In this document: one piece after another, positions 47,831-61,190 of the stretch
Numbering within the stretch: the first letter of the stretch is position 1
Layout of the letters: each line of letters begins with the position of its first letter
Source: Antedon mediterranea
Lineage: Eukaryota > Animalia > Echinodermata
Assembly: GCF_964355755.1 (NCBI RefSeq)
Contig: NC_092672.1
Span: 18,861,237 to 18,925,236, forward strand
Length of the DNA stretch: 64,000 nucleotides
Direction: 5' to 3'
Position numbers and translations under genes: made by a program
Notes under the pieces: model-generated
Told to the model about the DNA's origin: nothing
The model's input: the letters and a program-made list of their open reading frames with translations, nothing else
Database searches by the model: none

Positions 47831-48179
47831 GTTCCTCGGTACGATTCCGAAAATCAAAATGTTTGTCTTCCCACTTTTATTATAATTCTCAGATTTATAT
47901 GTATATATATTATATATAAAAATAAAGGTATATTGTAGCAATTAATTATTTGTATGAATATTTCTCTTTCTATTGTATATTACTAAGATTGTTACAAGTT
48001 AAAATTAGTTAAAATGTAGACATTTACATTAAAAGATGATTGATTTCAATATAATAACCATGCTTTCATTTACAATTTTAAAAAGATGGTAATAAAAGTC
48101 TATGAACTGTCATTAAAAACGTACTTATAAAATCTTGTTCATGTTCGGGTAGAGAGGCTGTAAATTCAAAGGAGGAATA

Positions 48180-49440
48180 TAAAATATCCTCCCTTTTCAC
48201 CAAGACAAAAAGGATGAGATGAAAAAAGAGGAATGCAAAAGTTTGAAAACTAGATAAGGATGATAGAGTGGAATGATATATTTAAATGAAAACCGTAAGG
48301 TTAGAGTCCATACACTGTGCAAGTCCAAGATGCCAATTTGGCTCTGTGTGTGTATGTGAGACGCTTCATACCCGATGTCACCTTATTATAATACCAATTC
48401 TACTTCTGTATACAATTTGTGATTGGGAAATAAACAAACAATTTTGCATTTTAGAAAATATGAAAAAAACACTTCATACAAATTATATTTATGCTATCAA
48501 CTGTAGCAGAGTTTCCTTTTTTGCACCCCATTTATGTTGTGCCTTAATTAAGTTACACATATGTTCATTTTCTAGTAGATTTTTAACTTCAGCAGTGAAA
48601 AGAATCCAGATCTTTTTTTTATCATCTTTATCGTTTCTTCCAGCATTGGATATTATGTGTACCTTGTATATACAGAATAAAAACATAGAAATCAATTTAT
48701 TTACAATATTGTTTTTTGTTCCTGTAACAATTTTAAACCAAGTTATATTATCTTCAGCTGGAAAGCAATTAGCCAGCACACCTTTAAATTTGTGCCATGT
48801 TCATTGAATGGCATTGCATTCCAACAGCATGTGCTGTTCATTTTCTATCTGATTTATACAATTGTCACATAAATTATTTTCTGCCAAATTCCATAATTTT
48901 AATCTTTTTTTACACGGTAATATTCGATGTAGGAGTTTAAAGTTGAATTGAGCAACTTTAAATATATCTTTCATCTTGTATACCTTATAATACCATACTT
49001 TATTCCAATCTATTTCTACGTTATTTAGCTCACATTCCCATTTTCTTTGTGAACCTGGTTAATTGGAACGTTTGTTTATAAAATATTTATAGTAGATAGA
49101 TCCTTTATTGTTCTTATGCAACCATGAATCATTATTACCTACATCTTGATTATTTGTATTGTCTTTTCTAATAATTTCTTTCCACCCATTTGGCATTCAT
49201 AAGCTGTAAATATTCAATTAAACCATTATGTTTTTTATACAAATTTGAGATTCACCTGCAGTACATACTCTATCATTTATAAATATGTCACAAATTATTT
49301 TATAATCAGAATATAACCATGATTTGAAGTACAATGATTTATTGTTAGATAGTATAAACTTATTTTCCCATAATTGTTGATTTTTTATTTCTATTAAAGT
49401 TGTTGGTTCTGAATACACAATATTATTAAATTTTACAACA
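48180..49440 (-). mobile_element. Tx1/L1-clade LINE 3' fragment (decayed, different subfamily)
   Basis: Minus-strand NQQLWENKFILSNNKSLYFKSW and FNFKLLHRILPC..L..W....CDNC..IENEQHMLLEC parallel the C-terminus of the LINE at 35032-36400. Confidence 0.75.
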
Positions 49441-51856
49441 GCATTAATTTTGTTTAATATTTAGTGTTATATTATTGATAGGCCTATAAAACATTTAAAA
49501 CAATATTTCGTTACTGAGTGGATAAAGAATATATTTAAAAATTGTTTTTCCCATCCTCTTCCCAATCCCTCAACTCTAATGTTATATACAAAACACAAAT
49601 TGGGTTTGTTTAAATTAGTTCAAATAAAAAATTTGGACTCATTTTTAAGACAAGTTTCTCCTTCGGAAGTAGGCCTAATTCCCAGGGTGCTAATTTTAGT
49701 TGACTACATTAATCATCGTGTCTATTTATTCGTTTCTGTAAACGACAATGTACTATAGTCCTGCGGTACGTACATTTGAAATCGCCAGTTTTTTTACGCT
49801 GAAATTACTGTGTATTCGAGAACTGAATTGCATCAACATTTACAATTTAATTAAAAAAATTACAAAACTAAAATAAAAATAAAAAACAGACATACATAAT
49901 AATTACAAGTAACAACTGTTCACCAAAATATTAAAAACATTAAACAGTTATTATAAAAAAAAACCTTGATCTGAAAAACGACATGGATGCAAAAGGCCTT
50001 ATATATTTTCTTTTTTTATAGTTATAGGTTGTTTAGGGGTCAAATGTCAACAATAATAGAATATGTCGATAAAGCTCAGGTACAGGCTTGAATTTTAAAT
50101 ATAATATTTGGTTAATTGTACATAAATCAAATATTTGCAACATAAATCAAGACGAAAAAACATGAATTTCTCTTAATATGGTCAAATACAAAATTTGGCA
50201 AAAGTCTTCCATAAAAACCAGAAAGATTTTTTTTTCAGTAGTTAGGTAATTAACCTAATGTAATAACATGTCTTGTGACTCCCTAGAAGGTGAAAAAAGA
50301 TGGTGGATATACGGTGGATAATTTTTGCTATAGCATGAAAATAAAAATCTGAAGTTGGATAAAAATATCAGAAATGTAATATTCAAGTTATATTACCTAT
50401 ATTTAGTCATCTGATAACATTTTTTACCACACCATTTATTTTTCATATCTTTTTAAAATGCCTCTTTATTTACAAAATTTGTGTACAAAAGAATAGAGAT
50501 TTTACTGTGTAATTTGAACTATCCCCCGACTGATAAGAAAGTGCTTATTTTCAACAAGCTCGTGTAACACAAATAAAATCCCAAAAAACTATGAAACATA
50601 TGGGAAACTATAGATCGATAATTCTTGGAATGTATGATCAATAGAAATTTTTTGCCCACACCTGGCCTTTAAAACCAAATAAAAACTGACATTTTACATA
50701 AAATTCGATGGTTTATTATGTTAAGACATCTAATCAATCATACGCAATGCAAAAGAGCACATTCATCATTTCATCAGTTGACATAAGATCAAAGGTCAAC
50801 ATTTAATATACATCGCACCCAGGTAGTTAGGTCTACTAAATATTATATGCAAAGGTATCCCAACTATGTGAGATCGATGAATATAAAAGTAATTATAATA
50901 GTAATAGTAATTATTATTTGATCAGTAATATTATGACATTTCGTATGATTTTTATTAATTATAATACTGTATAAATTAATCAAATTAATAATCAGACTTT
51001 TAAAATGTTAGGCTTACTTTAAATAAAATAAATGGTTCTGCAAAACTCATAAAGCTTTTAAAAATTTGCAAAGATTGGTCAGAACATAGTTACAGAGCTG
51101 CAATATTCGTTTTTGAAGCAATGAACTTGATTGATTTTATCTAATTTGTTATGTTGGCAATATTACTTTTTTTTTTATTTTCCAGGTACTCACCTAACTA
51201 AGAACGGAATGCAGTTATGTGGTTGTTGTTTAGATTTGGTACTGTAGTGGTTTTTTAGGTTTCGAATTAGTTTTCATTGGATTTTCATAGGAGCCTGGTG
51301 AATTTGCGCTTAACAAGTCACTTTTTTCATCTACAACGCAATTGGAGCATAGTAGCATATCCACGGGATATGTACATGGTTTATCAACCCAGTGAATATA
51401 TAAATCCATCCATGATTTCCTGGACTATTCAAACACTACAGTAGTTTGTGTGGCAAAAGGGCATATTCTTGCATATCCATCATTAAACACAAAGGGCATA
51501 TTCTTGCATATCCATCATTAAACTTATTTTAAAATATTTAATTTCATTAATACCTTAATAATACTTTCTAAAACTTTAATTGTTATTACTTTTTAAAACT
51601 TCACAACTTCTTAAAACATTTATAATGTCCATAATTCTTTTGAAGGACCTCCTTAGATCAATTAGGATAAATTTATTATTTTAATGATAAAAGAGAAAAC
51701 AAAAAATGAATCACTGTATACAAAAGAAATTGCATATATTTTGGAGAAACGAGAAACATAACTTTAAAAAGTATTGGTACAACGTCATAACCGGTGAGTT
51801 ATTTAAATATCTTCGTCAATTTCTGTCTGTTTGTAAGAAGATAATCAAGATTAAAA

Positions 51857-53200
51857 ATGTTGCTACCTTTTAGATTTTGGTTGTTACTGACAACGTGTAT
51901 TGTAATTTGTGATTCTGTTATCCAGTTTATAGATGAACCCGTAAACAGAAATGTGGATCTCGGGAAGGATCAGTCTTTGAATTGCGTGGTTAGTGGGTTA
52001 ATAAATGAAGAGCTTACGTGGTATAAAGATGACGCAGAAATATTCTTCGATGAAAAAAACTCGCGAATCACTAAAGTTCACGACGAATTGTCATTCGGAA
52101 ACATAACGACGTTAGTTATTTCAGATGTATTGCAAAGTGATGCCGGTTTTTATCAATGTGTTGTTATGTCATTGGACTCTAGAATTGTATTGAAACGTTC
52201 ACAAAAAGCGAAGTTAATTGTACATTCTCTGCCTTCTCTGGAATATCCTATTTGTAACCAACCTACAGCTGATATTTTCTTAGGTTCTACTATATCAATG
52301 TCGTGTGTTTCAGAGAAGGTTACTCCACCTGTAACTTTAAAACTTACTCGAAATTCACAAAACCGAAATTATGGAATATCAAAACCAAACACAGAAAACT
52401 TGGTGACAGTTCAACATACAATGAACGCTACAAAAGATGATAATGGAGCAGTTTACGAATGTCACCAGTATTCATCATTTGATTCAAGTTATCACAAATC
52501 ATGTTCAATGAAACCTCTGAATATACAATATAAACCTGAGGTAAAGATACAACACACTAATCCAGTGTTACCTGGACGAGAGACGATTCTATTCTGCCAA
52601 ACGTTTGCTAATCCACCTGTCTCACGATATCGTTGGAAATTAGTGCCTCCAATAGAAGATGAAGATATTTTTGTAGACAAAACTGGACAAACATTTAAAC
52701 TTTTACGACCTTCAATAGACCAAAGTGGAACAACTATAACATGTACTGCTGCTAATGAAATTGGACAAGTATCGTCGTCTGTAGTATTAACAGTTTCAAA
52801 TACTATCATTAACTCAGATAATTCGTATGAACCATCGAGTAAAACAAATATAAACAATTATCAAAAAGGAATTAGTTTATCTTTAGATGTTGTTATTATC
52901 ATCGTTGCTGGTGTTGTTATCATTATTGTACTTGTTGTTCTGGTTCCCGTATATCATTTTTGTTTGTGTCGTAATGATAACACTACAATAGTTGATTCTT
53001 TAGGAAAAGAAGTAACTCAACCTGAAGTTTATTATGAGACAAGAGAGGGAGTTATTTTAAGACATACAGTACAAGATCGTTCATTACCTCGTGTACCTAC
53101 TACAGAAGTATATGGTCATTGGAGACACTCAACAGCTTCACAGGTTCCTAATGATCTTGAATCGCATAGTTATACTTACATTGACACAGAAAATGATTGA
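51857..53200 (+). CDS. G12: 3-Ig type-I membrane receptor (subfamily D), last member visible
   Basis: 447 aa ORF, same architecture and tail. Confidence 0.92.
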   Translation: MLLPFRFWLLLTTCIVICDSVIQFIDEPVNRNVDLGKDQSLNCVVSGLINEELTWYKDDAEIFFDEKNSRITKVHDELSFGNITTLVISDVLQSDAGFYQCVVMSLDSRIVLKRSQKAKLIVHSLPSLEYPICNQPTADIFLGSTISMSCVSEKVTPPVTLKLTRNSQNRNYGISKPNTENLVTVQHTMNATKDDNGAVYECHQYSSFDSSYHKSCSMKPLNIQYKPEVKIQHTNPVLPGRETILFCQTFANPPVSRYRWKLVPPIEDEDIFVDKTGQTFKLLRPSIDQSGTTITCTAANEIGQVSSSVVLTVSNTIINSDNSYEPSSKTNINNYQKGISLSLDVVIIIVAGVVIIIVLVVLVPVYHFCLCRNDNTTIVDSLGKEVTQPEVYYETREGVILRHTVQDRSLPRVPTTEVYGHWRHSTASQVPNDLESHSYTYIDTEND

Positions 53201-53475
53201 TATCATGGTACATTTCAATTTTAGATACAATGGTTATGTGTATGCATTATAATAGATAAATCACGACGATAAAAAAACATAAACTTACTTACTCAGGTAT
53301 GCTACTGATGAAGAAAATATTAAATTAAATAACAACATTAAAAACATAATTCAAGTTATATAACTGTTTTCAAGTATCTCATTCTGTTCAATACTATAGG
53401 GGATTTGCTAGGTAATTTAAACTATACCTCAATAAAAGTTTTTTTTTACAAGTCTTATTTTATTATTATTATTTA

Positions 53476-54450
53476 TTAAAAAAACAAACAAACCAATTTG
53501 CAACCTGCGATCTGAGGTTGAGGGGGGTTATGCGGTTCCTTCATAAACCAAACCTGCATAACCTTGCACTTACTGTGGTTGAGCCAGAGACGGTTGTCCG
53601 TTGCCCAAGCATCCATATCCTGAAAATCCAATCCAATCTGGCTGGGTTGATTTGCGGGACGGACTTCTACAAGGCTGAGGTCATCAACATACATAAAGCT
53701 TTTAGCCAGAGACTCCTCAGAGGCAGTATTAATAACTACCATGAACATTATGGGGTCTAGCTTGGTGCCTTGAGGGACGCCACAGGAAAGCGTTTCCCAC
53801 CGTGACAAGGCAGAGTGGTATTGCACTCGTTGGCGACGAGATGTAAGGAAATTTGTTATCCATGGCAATAACTCGCTTCTGACACCAAGCTCGAAGAGTC
53901 TCTGGATAGCTAAAGTATGATCGATACAGTCAAACACTTTGGAAAAGTCCGTCACAACAAGGGTACCAACATTCTTACCCTTAATTGTCTGTACCTTTAA
54001 AAAACAAATGAAGTATTTCTATTAGACAATGGGCTGTGGATGATCCTTTTATGCCACCAAATTGGTTACGATCAATTTCTTTACCTATATCTTCCATAAC
54101 CCAGTATCCATCGCATACCTTCGCAAGACTCGATGTCAAAGATATTTGTCCTAATTTAGAGATTGAGACAGGGGTAGTCTTTGGGATTGAGGAATTGTGG
54201 CATCCTTCCACATTTTAGGAACAATTCCCTCTTTTAGAGATGAGTTAAATAACTCACAAACGGGTACGCTAAACTCGCACGCAAACTATTTAAGAAGTCT
54301 CCCAGGGAGACCGTCGGATTCAGCCGCTTTCTTACTCTTCAACTTTTTCAAGTTATTGTACATTTCCAACACTTCCATCTTAGGTGGAGCATTTGCAGGT
54401 AGAAAGTTAGGTAATCTTTCTAAGTTGATTGGGGGTCTCCTTGAGTGAGT
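53476..54450 (-). mobile_element. CR1-group-like LINE RT fragment (decayed)
   Basis: DFSKVFD, GVPQGTKL, YVDDL, QFGGIKGSST, IPKT...ISLTS motifs; frameshifted. Confidence 0.85.
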
Positions 54451-54554
54451 GAGTTAGTTACATAATTCATTTTTATAATTCAGTTTTATTATAATCGTTT
54501 AAATGTACAGAGGCCTTACAGTACAGAGTTTGTACAAGAAATATCACCACCACA

Positions 54555-54812
54555 AAGGGGTTCGAGGCTCACTCACTCCATGGTTCTGGTGGTAGAACGA
54601 GTCTTCTCGGATAAGGACTATAAACCGTAGGTCCAGTGTACACATCTGGCTCGTGTGCACTTTAAAGAACCTAGTACATCTTTCGAGACGAGTAGGGGGT
54701 TACCCCGGTGTATTAGTACATCACAGCCACTGATCACCAACTGGGCCCTCTGGGAGACCAGTCATTGACTGAAGAGGTTACCCAGTATAAATATATATTT
54801 CAATCAATCAAA
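54555..54812 (+). mobile_element. 5'-truncated SINE with Deu/Nin-domain-like core
   Basis: B-box-like ggttcgaggc; core gtcttctcggataaggactataaaccgtaggtcc...taaagaacc...gagtagggggttaccccggtgt; (TCAA)n tail. Domain assignment is from memory of DeuSINE consensus. Confidence 0.65.
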
Positions 54813-57800
54813 GAAACCTAATTTTCTAAAAAAATGTTGCATAATTTAGACTTTTCTTCGGTAGTTAGGTGATTCAATCTTCATTATTATGACTATAATG
54901 ACGTAAGATTGAGAATTGTGGGCTACATATATGAGCTAATGTTGAAATGTTTTTGTTGTGGTTTATGTAAATATTGAAACAGTTTGTTGAAGAAATCTCG
55001 AAAGAGATACCTGGGTATCGAGTTTTTGATTTCAAAAACTCTAACTATTGGACGTTATCAAGGTTGGAAAGAGTGGTAATTGGGTTCTACTTTTTGAGGT
55101 CTTCACATCTATGTTATCTTGGCGGACGGTGATAACAGCTCCTTAAATAATCAGAACCAAATATTTTAAACACTGAGTGGATGATCGATAGATCCAAAAA
55201 AGAAACGATTACTGGTAGGTTCTGCATGACATGGTCAGACTGATCACAAATCACACAGAATACACAATATTGTTTTGACATGACAGATGATGAGGAAGTG
55301 CAACAACTTATTGAAAGAAAGAAAACAGTAGAACTGACCCACTGAGAAAGCATCGCTCTAAACCTTTGAAAATTTCTATAAGGCAACTGTTTTGATAAAG
55401 TACATCAAAACAAAATTTACAACAAAAAAACAAAATCAGACAGAAATCTGCTGAGTATTATGTATGTATAATCATAGCCCAGTGTTATTAAGCCAAATCT
55501 GCGTTGAAATACTCAGAGATGGTCAAACACTAAGTATTAAATGACACCTCTAGATGGGCGGAAATGGTAATCTTGCACATAACACTAGGCCTAGTTACAT
55601 TATTTATTTTTAGAATAAATTTTAATTCGGTTTTATTTGTTTTTAATTGTTTAAATGCCCTACAGAGTTTGCATAAGAAAAATCACTACAAAGAAACCTA
55701 ATTTTTGTAAATTTGCATCATCATCATCTTCATCATCATCAACATCATTATCAACATTACCAGGTGTAAATCGGACACTTAGTATTTGAGTCACTGCCTG
55801 AGGCGAAGCGAATGACACCCCTATATGGGCGGAAATGGTAGGGCCTACTCTCGCACATAACATTTAGAATAAAAGGCACCTCTAATTCGCCGGAAAAGAC
55901 ACTCTCATGCAGCATGCTACCAATGACCAAAACGATCGAACTTTTTTCCTCCTCCTCACTCACGTATTCTGAGCGGAACCGCCGATTGTTTGATCATTCA
56001 CTCAGTATTTTGTTTTGCGTTCAAGTTACAATGCGAACGTACGCCTAGGGGAAGCCCCGAAAAAAGCACCCTTTGGGTGAGAAGGCAAATTCAATGCTTA
56101 GTTCTATCTTTATTTATTTACAGCAATTTGTTGAGGAAATTAAATATATCAATGTAAATAGGTGGTATTGATACAATTGAGTATACACATCGGCTTTGGA
56201 AATTGAAAATGCTACCTCTAACTAGACTCAGTGGCCGTATTCAACAATCACACAAGTGATATATTTCCCTTAAATATTAAGTATTTCACTTTACTCAATA
56301 AATATTTAAGTACTGTATTTCCCTTGTATTCACTAAGGGAAACACGATTAAAATGGGCCCATTACTCCCAACCCACGACCCCTCTGTGACGGTTTTTAAA
56401 TATGTAATTTAAAACATTCCAATTCCGGTTATTTAGATCTCTAGGACTCATTCTCACACTTCCAGGAGTGATTCCAATACTTTCAAGTTTAAAATATTTC
56501 CCAGTACAATTCTGATCTTTTTGACACCACACTATACCAGGTTATCCTCATGAAAATTATATTTATTTAAATTATTAATACCGATTATTTAACAGGTTTG
56601 TGCTTGAAAATGACCTTTAAACTTGTAAGTTGAAAAACTGATGAACTTGACCATCTTCCGCAATGTCAATAATGATCAAATTTTGGTTGCATTTGTTTAA
56701 TTAGCTTATAATTTATTGAAAAGAGTAAAGCCATATTTTACCATATTTGACCTAATAACCTTGAAAATTACCTTTTGACCAGAAATTTGAAAGTGGCATC
56801 CGCTATATTTTTTGTCATCCCATAAGGGATATATTCCACAATGGTTGCCAGCTATTAACAAAAAATGGACCCCCACTTTAATGCCTAGCCTACCAATACA
56901 TACATATATAATTTGGTTTGTGATTATTTAAACGTCACTGTATTTCCCGTTTCTCTGCAGTTTCCTATAGAGCAATTAACCTCCAAAGTAATCAGGATTC
57001 GCTGATGCATGTACGATGCTATTACGATCAGAATCGTCGTATGCATAATAGATGAATTTATTGCAATCAATCGCTTCCAACATACTAACATACGTTTAAG
57101 CAATCGTGTGTATTATGTATTATTATTATTACTCTAATAAAAATAACAATAGTATCAACAGTAATATTCCTACAAATAATAAGAATATTAATAGGCCTAA
57201 ATTATGATGATGCTGATGCAGTTATCAATATAAATTAAAAAATATAAATAAGAAATAATAAAAACAAAAATATAACAATAGAATTAGGCCTATATATAAA
57301 AGATAATTTTCAAATAACTATAATAATAATATAAATCAATAAATTGCGTTTTATTAGTTGCTGGTTACCAATAACGTAAACAACAAGAGTGAAATGTCAA
57401 GCTTCCCTTCGCCGGAGCTAATGTACATTATGTATATATTTATATAGTAGGCATACCATACACGTTGTCATGGTTTTTGGCAGAGAATAATATTTAAATA
57501 AGATGTCTGTATAATTCCTACACAGAATTTAATAAAAAATAAGTGCTGGTAAGAAGATGATAATATCTAATGTAGGGGAAAATACTAACAAGGATATTCT
57601 GTAGATTAACATTAGTTCTGAAAATATGAAAATAAAAATATGATGTTATGATTCAATATTTTACATATTTTCATCATCATCGTCATCACCATCATCATCA
57701 TAATAGAAATATATATTAATGTCAAATATAATGTTAAGTTTTTAATTCGCTATATTAACATCAATAAGATAAATCAGAAAATTGTATATACTTGTATGTA

Positions 57801-60711
57801 TTTAGGCTACATACTTAAACAGCATTATTATTATTACGATTATCCATCGCCTGGCAATTGTCTCGGAGCTGACAAAGGGCACGCGAACGAAGTTAATCTA
57901 GCATGGAGTATTTCACGAGTTTTATCGATCGTAGAACGCTATCGTTGTATTTAATGAATTCACATCGAACTCCCTGCATAATGATCATGACACACAAAGA
58001 GTCGTACTGCAGTTTATTTTCATTGCAAATTCTATTGAACGCTAAGCCGCCATAGAAATAAATAAAGGCGATGTTCAATTATTCATTCTAGTCCCCTAAA
58101 TTATAATCAGGGAGTGTTAATTATCTCAATAATATGTTTAAGATTATGCCTACACCAAAGATTACAATTATATAATACAGTTGTAGGTAAACTGAAAATG
58201 TAGGCCTACTGTAAAACACCTCCTTTTACCTTGGGATACAATTCAAGGTAAACCCTAAGGGCACGCAAGGAATAACACTAGTCTTATCTTAACACCAATT
58301 CCGGGGACACCCTATATTAAGAGGGCAGGGTGGGGGTGGGGGGAGGTGTGTACAATTTGTGGGATCTAATTGTTTTTTTGTTGTTACGATATCAGGATGG
58401 GTCAGTTTGTCCAATAAACCTCTTCCACCCCCACTCCCTACACACCACACCTTATTTTATTATTTATATAGGCCTATTGTTTTTATCAATAATATGCATA
58501 ATGCTTTTATGTATTAATTTACTATTTGTTGGTAAAAGAATAACTTTAGATTTAAAAATATTTTGAAATAGAAATAGAAATATATAGTTTATTCTTTTAT
58601 ATTTCATATTTTGCAGAATTCACAATCACAAGTTTCATTATTGTTTATACTTATTAGAAATGAATACATTTAGGAAATAAACATCCATGATCGTTGTATT
58701 ATGTTTTGACTTATCTAATAATATTAGTTTAAAATATTATGCATATTTGATACATGGTAACACAGTGACCTATAAAAGGTCAGGTAATTTCATATGTAAT
58801 AGGTGATTTGCTAGTAAATAAATCATGTGAACTACAAATCATTATTATCGTGTTTGTTGGGTTTATTTTATTTTCTATCTAATAAGGCCTGTTTTTGCCC
58901 TTTTAACTCACTATATATATCAATATTTCTGTTATGATATCTAGCGACCATTTTATTGACAAAATTATTTCTTTGTCATCATGATGTTAATATTGTATGA
59001 ATATTCATTAACAAATTGGTGAACTGTATCGCTATGTCATGATGACGTCACAATATAAAGAGGGCGACATAGCTATTAAGATATTGGTATCAATAAAGGC
59101 AATAATACAGGAAAAGAATGTATAAAAATGAAGGAAAATTATCAATTACAAGTAAATATGAATCACCAAAAACGTACAGATACGAAAATCTAGGTATTTC
59201 TGAAGTATAACATTTTAAAACATTGGAAATAAGAACGCTAAAGTGTGTGTTACATTTTTTATCAAAGTGGCCAAATGTATGTATTAATTAAGGCGTTTAG
59301 ACCAATCAGAATGCGTTATTAGCGTTTACGGATTTGCTACGAGATCTAAGGAGCCAATCAGCTGAGGCTTTGAATCTCACACGCCCTGTGACGCTTTGTT
59401 CCTATTGTATTGACAAGTAGCCTATTCTGTGTGTATTGGATAGTCTTTGTCTCCGATATTGTAAGGTATTCAATCAGAAGTGATAATACCACAACCTATT
59501 TAAGATTTACTTTTGAAGAACTTAATTTTATAATGCACTTAACGGGTAGGCCTATTTACAGATAAAAGAATAATATAAAAATAAAGTCGATCGTCTTTTT
59601 CTGTTTTTTTCTTCTTTTATTTTAAATACAAACACAAAACGTATTTCTCAATAAGAGATTCTAAAATATTCTATTGCTGTAATGTGATTCGATAAAGACA
59701 ATAAGGAAGTATCTTGAGGCCTAACAAAATAAAAATGGTTTTCGTGGATTTACATATACAGTATTCCATATATAATAAGCCTAGATAAGGGCACCTACAA
59801 GTGGAGAAAACATATGACCATAAATAATATCCTGAAAAAAAATGTCTTGATTTCTACCAATTTGATTGTGTTTTTTATATCAGAGAAAGGAAATAAAGTT
59901 TAGATAATCAGCACAGATTCTTTGAACTTATAATTAAACGTTAGTTCTACCTACAAAGATCTGCACTTACCCACAGTTTGGCCTACGTCCTTGTAAAGAA
60001 AAAACACTTTATTTATCTTCTCACTCCAAAGTGATTTCCGTGGTCCTGACACATGGCTCTAGTAGTAGAGGTTCAATTATTGTGAAGGAACAATGCGGAA
60101 GGTACAAACTAAAAAAATCATACTCATCAAAAATGTTGATAGAATTAATGATATAAAGTGTGTATAAAATGCACAACATCTACACCTATCATGTTCTCAC
60201 CATGTCAGTATAGTAACGAAGATATTTATTTGAGGCTTACCAGGTTTCGTTTCCCAGGAAAGAGTGTTCACTCTTCTCTGGTTTCCCACATTATTTAATA
60301 CAGTGGTGCCGGGCCATTTTATTTTTGGGTTTTCAATGAGTACTTCTGAACTATTGTAACGGTGGTATTTTAGTGTATCCGTTACTATATCATATAGTCT
60401 CAGCGGCAGGATTTCACACAGTCACAGAAATGTACAAACAGTAATTATAAAATCTTATTTGGAAAACTACTGATAATTATAGAAATGATTAATTGAAATT
60501 GTAGTTGCCTGCACCCATATAGAGATATTATAGTGAACTAAAATATCTCTGCTGCACCTGATATTTAGAGATATTACAGTGAACTATATCTCTGCTGCAC
60601 CTGATCTTTAAGCTATCACATGACACATTTGCTGTAGCTGTATTTTTTTTTTTGTGGTTTTTTTTATGGTTTTTGTCCCACTTTTTCCCCATTCATAGCA
60701 TGCACTGTATT

Positions 60712-61190
60712 TTTTCACGCTGCTGCTTTAGCCCGCTACGTCCCAGGAGGAAGACTCATTAAGAAACCGAAAGTAAAGCAGCAGTTATATATCTAAGGTT
60801 GACAGTTTTGCTAAAATGCATATTCGACTGTAATTTATAGGTACCACAAAAAAACGTCTGGGAAAGAGTCTAACGGTTGAATGACAAATCCCAAAGCATT
60901 TGTGGTATTTGTGAGTCCCATGATATTATATAATTTGCTGTCAGATGATACTTCACACTTGAATGAAGTATCTAGGCATGATGAAGTGACCCCCAGACTT
61001 GACCTTAGCAATAAAATAAACTAAAGTAACTGATATGAAACACAGACTCTGTAACAAAAAAAATAATATAAAAAAGAAAAGAAACGTTTAATTATAACTC
61101 AAAAACCATTGTCTGACAGACAATTTAAGTATTTTTTGCTTTACATTTTTTTCAGGTAAAATAACTATTATGTGACAATAAAATGACATA
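60712..61190 (-). repeat. Inverted copy of the repeat at 30290-30812 / 38460-38980
   Basis: Reverse-complement matches in several blocks (tttcacgctgctgctttagcc, tgatgaagtgacccc, attgtctgacagacaatttaa, ttatgtgacaataaaat). Confidence 0.65.

Noticed and set aside
51457-51523. Short direct repeats (33 bp x2; also ~60520-60605 and 55543/55825)
   Set aside because: Simple local duplications, two units only, no spacer structure; not a CRISPR-like array.
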